From a virus (Duplodnaviria > Caudoviricetes), in IMG/VR virus record IMGVR_UViG_3300006092_000342, positions 32,222-96,221 of that record: a stretch of 64,000 nucleotides of DNA, one strand, 5' to 3'. Below the pieces are notes generated by a model, which ran no database searches, was not told where the DNA came from, and saw only the letters and a program-made list of their open reading frames with translations. The translations under genes were made by a program, and so were the position numbers. Positions 1-8,767 of this stretch are shown here, piece by piece; position 1 is the first letter of the stretch, and every line of letters begins with the position of its first letter.

Positions 1-3000
1 GATCTCCTTTTTCAGATAAATCTTGTAATTTACTTAACATTTCTTCAATACTATTACTGCTATTTAATTGTCGTAATAGGGATTCAACTCGATCCTTTAA
101 ATTGAAATTAAACGTAAATAAATTAGAAATTTTATTATAAGAAACTCCTTTTAAATTACGAACATCAGTTTGTTTTACAATTTTCTTAGTTTCTCCTTGC
201 AAAACATAATTATTAGGATCTCCTTCTACATTGTCTGCAGAAATAGTATCAGGAATATTATAGAGTAAAACCCTAAGATTAATTCCTAGTTTTTGAATTA
301 CATCTGCTTCAGTTTCTTTTACTATTCCTAGTTTATCCTGTTCTAAATCGTAAATATCATAGTTTATCTTTAAACCGTAGCTATTTGCTAAATCTGCTCG
401 TAAATCAGCATGGAGTGCCGGTTCATTCATTAGTCTTAAAAGAGACTCTAACTTAGAAATGTCGCTTTGATTTAACTCGTTATTTTGCTTGGCAAGATCT
501 CGAATTATACTTCGAATATGGTTTTTAACATCATCATATAAATCTTCTAAGCTATTGCTGATATCATAAGTATCATCTCCTTTTAAATTATTAATTAATT
601 TTAATGTATTTAATTTAAAATTAATACTATTCCCATCTAGAATCTCCGGCAAATAATTCCTGTTAATAATATTTACAGCTTCTTTTCTTCTTTCATTATT
701 TAATGCCGAATATTCAGGAGATAAACTATATCTCACACCTTCTGATATTTTTTTTGGCTTTACATTCTTATAATATCCTGAATGAAAGCGATCACTAAAC
801 AATTGAATTGCATCTCTTTGATTAAAAAGGGTATTTAGAATTTCTTTCAAAATTGCAATAAACCGTTTAATAAATCCATCAGGTAAATCTCTTGGATCTG
901 CTCTAACAATCTGCATTAAAGCTTCCTCTAATTCAATTTCACTTGTTAAAGGAATTCCTGTACGTTCCGCTACCTCTAAGAATAATTGTTTTTGTTGTTC
1001 CGGACTTAACTGATCAAATATAGCATGACCGAATTCTTCTTTTAAAACTCCTGTACTAATAAAATCTTTAGCAAAACCTACCATTTTGGTTCCTCTATCA
1101 AAATATCCATTATAGAGATCTTCAATAAGTTTATCATAAAATGTAATCTCAAATCCTGGGAAATTTTGCTGGGCCCAAACTCTAGCTTGATCTACTGATA
1201 AAGTTTCTTGATCAATAGTTGAACTAAATAAAGGTTTTATTAAATCAGATTTAGGCTTAACCTGTTCCGTCCAAAATGTAAGATCTCCTGTAGGTCGATC
1301 ATCTGCTAAATTAGTAATTAATACTCCATACTTGTAGATATAATTTTTTAAGTATTTTTGATTATTAAAATGTTCAACACTAACTTGACTTCTTTTATTA
1401 GATAAAGTAGTAGGTTCCCCTAGATTATTTATTACAATATTAGTATCTTCTTGAAAAAATTTTTGATACAACGCATCTGCATTATCTCCAAATTCAGTTT
1501 TTTTGTAATCGCTTTTATATTTTTTGGCCGCAGTTAAAATATCTACAAAATCTTTTGTTATAATTTCTTGCATTCCTATAAATTCTCGAAGTGCTTGAAT
1601 TACATTAATAGGAGCTTCTGCAAATAATGAACTATAAACCTCTCCGGATATTTTAGGATTAACTGTTTTAAGATAATTTTTTAAATTTTCTTTAGTGGGT
1701 TCAATTCCTTGGGAATCTGCATAAATTTCAAACTGAATATTATATCTAGAATAAACACCTTCATTATTCCAAATTTTATCTACCCAACGATTTTGCATAT
1801 AATCTTTACCATCATTGAATTTAATGGTAGAATTATCTACAACATTTATAATTTGATATTTACCTTCGATCTTAACTACATCATAATTAATATCCCCTCG
1901 AAATATTTTTTTTATAATACCTTCAAACCGCTTTGCAAAAATTGGATTATCTCCCCATGATTTTGTGATCATCCGAATTGGGAAATAATGCTGTCCTTTT
2001 TCTACATAACTTTTTCCTGTATTAATATTGCTTGGTAATAGCAAATGAACATCTCCATTATTTAAGTTGTAAAATAAAGATTGATCTTCTATAAGATTTC
2101 CATTATTCAATTCTAAGTACTGACTCCCTGGATCTTTATCCTTTCGTCTTACAATACCTAATAACGGAACTACCTCTTTATTAAACCAGGACAGTACACT
2201 CAAATTCTTGAATTTTTGTTGGACTTGTTTTTGAGCTCCTGGAGTATCTTTTGAAACCAGATTTCCTTCTTGATCTGTATAAATTTCTTCATAATTAATT
2301 CTACGATTAAATCCTGCTAGAAATTTAACTTCTTCTGTAACTGCAGGACTGTAATGAATAATATCATTATTAGTAACAATACCATCGGTTTCTCCAATTT
2401 TCTTTTTATACTCAATTGCTTTTTTTTGCAAAGCTTGTCTTAATGCCTGATTTGATTGATTAGTAGCCCCTGCAAATTCATGAAAACTTCCAACATATTT
2501 GACTTGTGCTTTACCTTCTTCTAATAAAGTTCGCATCAATTTAAAATCTTGTGTAACTTCTAAAGGGTATGGATTATTAGAAGTATCTGTAAATACTACA
2601 GCTGTAAGTTTTGTAAATCGTAATTTATCAGAATTTTCTCTAGCAAGAGTTCTGAAATTTAAAAAACCATACTCTTGGTTATAAGGAGTTTTTTCGCTAT
2701 AAATAAAATGAACAGGAGTTCCTGATTTAAACTGAGCACTATTTACAAAATCCTGGCCCTCTCGATGTAATTGTAATGTAGGTGCATCTAAACTAGCAGG
2801 AGCTTCCAAATTAACTACTTGGAAGTCTTTACCACTATTATAAAAAAAGCGGTCTTTACTATGAATTTGAGTTAATACAGGTTGATTTCTTTGGAGTAAT
2901 CCATTTTGTGTTTGTGCTATTAAATTACTTTGAGAATTAGCATGAAGCTGTATGAACTGTTCTTTAGACAAAAAATCATAAACATCTGCATTCTGTGTAA

Positions 3001-3082
3001 CAAAATCTAATGCTTTTTTTTTGCTATCAAAACTCTGTGTACCTCCTCCAGGAAGTTTTACAATTTGACAAGGTTGACTCAT
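1..3082 (-). CDS. Large virion cargo protein (partial, runs off left edge) with degenerate zincin-like domain; crAss-like virion RNA polymerase/cargo module
   Basis: Not in ORF track. ATG at 3082 overlaps the TGA of the upstream gene, and hand translation gives 1027 open codons to base 1 (MSQPCQIVKLPGGG...). Contains KEEFGHAIFDQL...LEEAL (motif at 1025-1039), an EExxH variant of HExxH. Position after the muzzle/cargo genes matches crAss-like synteny. No RNAP catalytic motif seen within the window. Confidence 0.8.
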   Translation of the reverse strand, partial: MSQPCQIVKLPGGGTQSFDSKKKALDFVTQNADVYDFLSKEQFIQLHANSQSNLIAQTQNGLLQRNQPVLTQIHSKDRFFYNSGKDFQVVNLEAPASLDAPTLQLHREGQDFVNSAQFKSGTPVHFIYSEKTPYNQEYGFLNFRTLARENSDKLRFTKLTAVVFTDTSNNPYPLEVTQDFKLMRTLLEEGKAQVKYVGSFHEFAGATNQSNQALRQALQKKAIEYKKKIGETDGIVTNNDIIHYSPAVTEEVKFLAGFNRRINYEEIYTDQEGNLVSKDTPGAQKQVQQKFKNLSVLSWFNKEVVPLLGIVRRKDKDPGSQYLELNNGNLIEDQSLFYNLNNGDVHLLLPSNINTGKSYVEKGQHYFPIRMITKSWGDNPIFAKRFEGIIKKIFRGDINYDVVKIEGKYQIINVVDNSTIKFNDGKDYMQNRWVDKIWNNEGVYSRYNIQFEIYADSQGIEPTKENLKNYLKTVNPKISGEVYSSLFAEAPINVIQALREFIGMQEIITKDFVDILTAAKKYKSDYKKTEFGDNADALYQKFFQEDTNIVINNLGEPTTLSNKRSQVSVEHFNNQKYLKNYIYKYGVLITNLADDRPTGDLTFWTEQVKPKSDLIKPLFSSTIDQETLSVDQARVWAQQNFPGFEITFYDKLIEDLYNGYFDRGTKMVGFAKDFISTGVLKEEFGHAIFDQLSPEQQKQLFLEVAERTGIPLTSEIELEEALMQIVRADPRDLPDGFIKRFIAILKEILNTLFNQRDAIQLFSDRFHSGYYKNVKPKKISEGVRYSLSPEYSALNNERRKEAVNIINRNYLPEILDGNSINFKLNTLKLINNLKGDDTYDISNSLEDLYDDVKNHIRSIIRDLAKQNNELNQSDISKLESLLRLMNEPALHADLRADLANSYGLKINYDIYDLEQDKLGIVKETEADVIQKLGINLRVLLYNIPDTISADNVEGDPNNYVLQGETKKIVKQTDVRNLKGVSYNKISNLFTFNFNLKDRVESLLRQLNSSNSIEEMLSKLQDLSEKGD

Positions 3083-6000
3083 ATATTACAAGGTCTAATT
3101 AAATTAGAATTTTCAAAAAGTTCATCCAAAGAAACACTATCATTTATTAATGGTATTTCTACACTATCATCAACAGGAAAATCATCCAAAAATAAAGTTT
3201 CATCATTCTGAATCTCTGGAATTTCTTCTTCTCTATTTTCTCCTTGGGAATAAAAAGTATTTATAATGCGTTTTTCAACTTCATTACGATCCGGAGATAA
3301 TACCAAAGCTTTTAAATCTGTAGTATTTTTAACTTGAGATAAAGCTTCTACAAAACTAGAATTTACTCCAGGAACATTATTTAACTGGTTAACCAACATA
3401 GTGCGTTCTGGCATAAATAAAAAAGAACGTTGAGCTTCACTGTTATTATAACGTTGATCTACCTGTTCTGGTGTTTGGCTCCCTGCAGCATCTCTTAATC
3501 GAGATAGAGCTGCTTTTATAATTGCTTTTTTCTTTTCTTCAAAAAGCTTTTTAGTTTTTGGATCTGAAGTTAAATCTGCTAAAGATTCATTATAGCCTTT
3601 TATTAAACTTTCAAAAGTATCATGGTTTAATTCTTCTCGAAAACCCATAGCATTGTTCACACCTCCTTCTCTAAAAAAGGAATCTACTTGTCTTTGAAAA
3701 TGAGCAGTTTCTTGTAAAAATTTAGCTTCATTTTTAGCACTTTTTTTCTGATCTACTAAATTAGAAAGATCCGCAGCTTCTTGCTCTGTTTGACTTATCT
3801 CTGAAATAACAGCTTCCGGAGATTTTCCAGTTTCCTCGACAGCAGTTTCGATAATATGCGCTTTATGTTCATCACTATCTTTTTTTAGATTTTTATTGTC
3901 TTTGATTAAATTAGTTAAAACTTTAGTATATGCTTTAACATAAGCATCATTTAATTTAATATCCTGCTCAATATTACCAACTTGAATAGGGTCTCCTTGT
4001 GTTTTATTTTTTTGCTCTTCTAAAAATTTACCCACTGATTGAAATTCAGTTAAATTTCCTACAGCTTCAAAAACACGTTTCCTTAATTCCGGGGTAATAT
4101 TATAATTTTTATTATTGAGATCTTTAAAAATTCTTTGACTGTAATCATAAGTTTGAGCTGTGCTAGCTAATGCATTTTCAATTTCACTAAACTGTGCTTT
4201 TATATCGTTTTTTGAGATATAGGGCGTACTACTCTTTATATCTAAATCGCCGGTACGCGCTTTTAAAGCTCCCAAAATATGTTTAACAGTATCATTATGT
4301 TCTACTCCATTTTCCCGAGCTTGATAATATAATTTATTCAAACCCTCTTGTTCTAGAACATGACGCAATTGCCAATCTTTACTTTGCTCTGCAGCTCCCT
4401 TTGCTATTTCATTTTGCATAGCTTCAAAAGCAAATTTTAGATGGCCAATAACATTTTCATCCATATTCAATGGATCCGTAATTACTGAATTTATTTTGTC
4501 TGTATCAATAAATTTCAACTTTTCTTTAATTCCTTTTTGGCGCATTTCTCCAAATCCCCAACGTGCTGCATTAAATCCTCCGGAAGTAGCCGCGCCTGTT
4601 ATAAAAGACATTGTTACTTCTGGATCCAGATTATACAAATCTTTAAAAGCAGTTAATCCCCCTCCTATAATAGTCTCCATACTAGAATTACTAGCAGAAT
4701 CTTTACTCCCCTCATATTTAGTAATATCAGTTTGAATACTTTCTTCATAACCTTCTTTACCAAGATCTAACGCGGCTTTACCCCAACGACTGGTCCAGGG
4801 TGCAAATAATTCATTAGTAATGGGCGCCACTTCTTCCGTAGCATTCCTGGCAGCTATACTGCCATAAGCACGACTCATATTAGATTTAGGAAACAAACCT
4901 AAAAGCTTATAACTAGCTAAATTGCTCAAACCTAAAATGGCTAGATTAGCTTTTCCCACATTTTCAGCTTTTGCGCGAGCAATAACTTTAGCTTCTTCCA
5001 TATCAGAGTCTTCTACAATTTTAGTAGCTTGTTCTGGTGGAATCCCGGTATCTACTAATTCTTTAATTTTAGCTTGAGTTGCCTCTTGCATGTATTGATC
5101 ATAAGCCTGGAATTTTTCTAAATCAGCTTCAAATTTAGTACCGCCAATCATGGCCCCTGTACTTCCTATAACTTCTCCGGTATGTTTACCTCTAGCTGCA
5201 GCTTCTTCTAAATCAACAGTAACTTTTCCTACTCGAGACTTAATGTAAGCTTTTATAGAAGGAGATTCAAAATCGGGTTTATCTATATATTTCTGAAGGG
5301 TTTCTTTCCATTTTAAAGTTTCAGCTCTTTGTGCATTTTTTAAGTTTAAATTACCTTTAACGGTCCCTAAACCTTTTCCAACAGCCCCGGCACCTTTAGT
5401 TACTAAAAAGTTAGAAGCATACAATCCTCCCATAAAGCCAATACCACTTTGTAATCCTGAAGCAAAAGTAGAAGCTACCCATTCAGGATTTTGCCATGAA
5501 GGTTCTCCTTCTGGACTTTTAAAATCGACAGTAATATCTTTTTTGAATTTTTCAAAATCTTTAGTGTACTGATCGTTATAACTATTTTCAATTAATTGCT
5601 TCTCTTCTTGATTATAACTTGGTTGTATCGGAGAAGTTTTTTGTTCCCAAGTATTTTGTCGAACATCATACGCATTTTTTATAGTTTCTGGACTTGGGAG
5701 TTCTCCATTTTTAGCCCACGCACCTAAGAGTTCTTGAGATGCTGAAACCGCAGAACCCACTGCTCCAAATAAATTAAGAGCACCTCCATATAAATCTTTT
5801 AAGGTTTTGGTCACTCCGGGAACACCTCCGGTTACAATATCTTTACCTACACCATACGTACTTTCTACAGTATTTACAGCAGCTTCAACAAGACCATTGT
5901 ATCCAATAGCTCCGATAGTTTTTGCACTTCCTAGAAAACTACTCCCATCTGTTACTCCAAAACCGAATTGAGCTTCTAGACCTGTATTAGACTCTGGACT

Positions 6001-6411
6001 TTCCTGTGGATAGATCGGACCTGGAGTTCCTCGAGGAGCTTCCTTATTTAATCTTCGTTGAGTTCTATTATAATTTTCGACTAACTGCTTTCTATCGTAT
6101 TGACCTATAAGATCCAAATTAAATTTACCGCTTTGTAATGCTTGTATAATTTCAGCTTTGGTACCTTCAATTTTAGTGCTATCTGCTTTAAAATCGCGGA
6201 AACTAGGTATGACAGGATCGTAAATTAAATCATCATAATTTACTTTAGAAGACTCTTTTCTTATCTTAGGATTAATTTCATAAATACCTTTGGATCCGTT
6301 ATTCCCATAAATGATTCCAAATCCCCCATCATCTTTTGGAATAATTTTTAGATCCCCTTTGCCTGTTTTAAAACCTTCGAAAAGTTTTGATACAATTTCT
6401 TCGGGATTCAT
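3079..6411 (-). CDS. Large virion cargo (ejection) protein
   Basis: 1110 aa with Gly/Ala-rich amphipathic segments (ASGLQSGIGFMGG, FITGAATSGG) typical of podophage ejection proteins; position in cargo block. Confidence 0.6.
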   Translation of the reverse strand: MNPEEIVSKLFEGFKTGKGDLKIIPKDDGGFGIIYGNNGSKGIYEINPKIRKESSKVNYDDLIYDPVIPSFRDFKADSTKIEGTKAEIIQALQSGKFNLDLIGQYDRKQLVENYNRTQRRLNKEAPRGTPGPIYPQESPESNTGLEAQFGFGVTDGSSFLGSAKTIGAIGYNGLVEAAVNTVESTYGVGKDIVTGGVPGVTKTLKDLYGGALNLFGAVGSAVSASQELLGAWAKNGELPSPETIKNAYDVRQNTWEQKTSPIQPSYNQEEKQLIENSYNDQYTKDFEKFKKDITVDFKSPEGEPSWQNPEWVASTFASGLQSGIGFMGGLYASNFLVTKGAGAVGKGLGTVKGNLNLKNAQRAETLKWKETLQKYIDKPDFESPSIKAYIKSRVGKVTVDLEEAAARGKHTGEVIGSTGAMIGGTKFEADLEKFQAYDQYMQEATQAKIKELVDTGIPPEQATKIVEDSDMEEAKVIARAKAENVGKANLAILGLSNLASYKLLGLFPKSNMSRAYGSIAARNATEEVAPITNELFAPWTSRWGKAALDLGKEGYEESIQTDITKYEGSKDSASNSSMETIIGGGLTAFKDLYNLDPEVTMSFITGAATSGGFNAARWGFGEMRQKGIKEKLKFIDTDKINSVITDPLNMDENVIGHLKFAFEAMQNEIAKGAAEQSKDWQLRHVLEQEGLNKLYYQARENGVEHNDTVKHILGALKARTGDLDIKSSTPYISKNDIKAQFSEIENALASTAQTYDYSQRIFKDLNNKNYNITPELRKRVFEAVGNLTEFQSVGKFLEEQKNKTQGDPIQVGNIEQDIKLNDAYVKAYTKVLTNLIKDNKNLKKDSDEHKAHIIETAVEETGKSPEAVISEISQTEQEAADLSNLVDQKKSAKNEAKFLQETAHFQRQVDSFFREGGVNNAMGFREELNHDTFESLIKGYNESLADLTSDPKTKKLFEEKKKAIIKAALSRLRDAAGSQTPEQVDQRYNNSEAQRSFLFMPERTMLVNQLNNVPGVNSSFVEALSQVKNTTDLKALVLSPDRNEVEKRIINTFYSQGENREEEIPEIQNDETLFLDDFPVDDSVEIPLINDSVSLDELFENSNLIRPCNI

Positions 6412-6420
6412 ATATAAACT

Positions 6421-8766
6421 TTATTTTTTTGGTAATCCTGGTAATTCTAACTCAGATGTATCTTGTAAAATTAGATCCAGTTCTGTTTTTTGTTCTGGAA
6501 TTTCTTTATGAAATTCAACATGGAGATGAGGTAATACTTCAGGATTAATATGTTCTTCTATTATCTGACTTCCTTGTGATTTAAGATTATCTAAAACTAA
6601 GGCCCCCTCTTGATCATTAGATTCCAAAATAGCTTTACGATATTTACGAACACTCGCAGCATCCGGTCCTTCAAAAATTATTTTTTTAATTGATTTGGCA
6701 TAGTTATCATTAAATAACCTTAACCCCGCCACTACAGCTTTTGGATTCTGTCCCGTAAAATCTAACGCAGTTCCTCCTTGAAGATGGGCACTATCTGGAT
6801 TGCTATCTAATCTAATACCTTTTGTATCTGCAGCTCCGCTAATTGCTTGTTCTAAAATACCGGGATACTTATTACTTAAATCCTTTACTTTACTAAATAG
6901 TTGTGGATCTAAACTCAAAATTTGTTCCGCATTTAAATCTCTGAACTTAGTATTTTTTACAAATTCTATATTAGAAGGATCCTGTGAGTTTAATTTCAGA
7001 TTTTCATTTAATGCCGGTGTTGAACTATTTGTAGAAAATTCGCCCTTAGCTTTATACATTTTATAAACTTCTTGACCGGTTTTTATATTATCATCCGTAA
7101 GTACTTCTCCTTGAAATGGAGGAGAAAATATAATGTCTTTTATTCTAAAGCGAGGAATTCCATCTGATCCGGGTTTATCATAATCCATGCTTACTTTCTT
7201 ACGAATTTCTTCATTAGACAACCCTTGCTTACGTGCATTAGCAATATACTGCTGAACAATCTGTAAATTATTTGTTACAGCCTCTCCTACTGTAATGCTC
7301 ATACCTCCTATTTCATCATTACCTCCCATTGGAGTTTCATTTACAACATTCCAATATAATTCTTGCGGAGGTTTTCCCGGATATTGAATTGTTAAATTTC
7401 TATCCGGAGAAGGTCGTTTAATAACTGTATTATTAGAATCAAACGGTAAAAACCCTTTATCTACTATCGAAGTATTAGAACTTAAAGGTTTTCCATCAGG
7501 TAATGTAATAGCTTCAGTCCAATCTCCAATACCAGGCAAGTTAGATAAATCTCCTACCTGATTATCTGGAATTCCGATATCGTGAGTTTTTCGTGTACTT
7601 AAATCTTGAGTGCGTTGTCCTGGATTATTGTCTTCGCGTGGGTTTATAGAAACAACCTTGCCGTTATCAAAAACAGAAAGGACACGACCTGCTCTTTGAC
7701 TAGATTTACTTTCTACCCATTCTTTTGCTAACTCTTTTCGCTTTGTAGCTGGATTGGTCCAATAAATGCTAACAGCATTTCCTTCATATTTATTAGGACT
7801 GCCGGCTGCTCCCGGTACCATAAAGGTCTTCTCCATTCCTTCTTTAATACTCTTATCTACAATAGGATTTCCAGTTCCATAGTTGAAAGTCATACTACTT
7901 CCCGGAGTCATAGTATTGTAACTATATCTACTATTATTCCAAGCTCTCCAATGATCTTCTAAAGATCTCGGTTTAAATGTAGGATCTTCTTTTTGTTTTT
8001 GCAATTCATTTTTGTAAGATTCAAGAGCTCCTCCAAAGTCTATTAAATCATTCCCTTTTACACTTCCATTTGCAATTCCCATTTTAATAATACTAGGAAC
8101 CAATGGATCTGTTAAGATATCATCTATATATTTTTGGTTTTTCTTAGTTTGTTCTAAGGCATAATTCTTTGCAGTTGTATCTGCTAAACTTTCTTGTGTT
8201 GCAGCATTTGAATGGGCAATATTGGCATTAACAGCTGCATCTTGTAACTTCTGAGTCTGATCATCGAAATAGTCAGTAATATTCAGTCCTTCAAAACTAC
8301 TTCCTTTTGTATTTGCAATTTCATCTAACTTTCCATAGTAATTAACTGCATTTCTTCCTAATTTCTCTTTTAAAACTTCTCCTCTTTTTATGTATTCATC
8401 CATTTTCCCATAATCCAACATTGCATTACGCATTTCAGGATGTTGTAATGCAGAAAGAAGCTGAGATTGTAATTCAGTAGCTTGATCGATATTATGGACC
8501 CCCCGTTTTAAAGTTTCTTCTACAGGAGCTAAATGCATAGCTACTACATCTGCATCTTTAGGGAGATATTTTAAATTTTTAAATAACTCATGACTTTGGT
8601 ATAAATTCTCCGTCACGAACTTCTGTTCTTGAAGTTGTCTATTTTTTTCCTCGCCTATTAAAGCATACATCTTTAATAAAGCATTTGTATCTAATCCTCC
8701 ACGATCATCTCGCGCAATTCTAGGAGCATTAATAGGCGCTGGAAGAATTCCTTGTGTTAGTGGCAT
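6421..8766 (-). CDS. Virion cargo protein with C-terminal M15/LAS-type Zn peptidase-like domain
   Basis: SAHLQGGTALDF...PHLHVEF resembles the SxH...D...HxH signature of LAS peptidoglycan peptidases. Start moved to ATG 8766, just after the upstream stop. Confidence 0.6.
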   Translation of the reverse strand: MPLTQGILPAPINAPRIARDDRGGLDTNALLKMYALIGEEKNRQLQEQKFVTENLYQSHELFKNLKYLPKDADVVAMHLAPVEETLKRGVHNIDQATELQSQLLSALQHPEMRNAMLDYGKMDEYIKRGEVLKEKLGRNAVNYYGKLDEIANTKGSSFEGLNITDYFDDQTQKLQDAAVNANIAHSNAATQESLADTTAKNYALEQTKKNQKYIDDILTDPLVPSIIKMGIANGSVKGNDLIDFGGALESYKNELQKQKEDPTFKPRSLEDHWRAWNNSRYSYNTMTPGSSMTFNYGTGNPIVDKSIKEGMEKTFMVPGAAGSPNKYEGNAVSIYWTNPATKRKELAKEWVESKSSQRAGRVLSVFDNGKVVSINPREDNNPGQRTQDLSTRKTHDIGIPDNQVGDLSNLPGIGDWTEAITLPDGKPLSSNTSIVDKGFLPFDSNNTVIKRPSPDRNLTIQYPGKPPQELYWNVVNETPMGGNDEIGGMSITVGEAVTNNLQIVQQYIANARKQGLSNEEIRKKVSMDYDKPGSDGIPRFRIKDIIFSPPFQGEVLTDDNIKTGQEVYKMYKAKGEFSTNSSTPALNENLKLNSQDPSNIEFVKNTKFRDLNAEQILSLDPQLFSKVKDLSNKYPGILEQAISGAADTKGIRLDSNPDSAHLQGGTALDFTGQNPKAVVAGLRLFNDNYAKSIKKIIFEGPDAASVRKYRKAILESNDQEGALVLDNLKSQGSQIIEEHINPEVLPHLHVEFHKEIPEQKTELDLILQDTSELELPGLPKK

Positions 8767-8767
8767 G

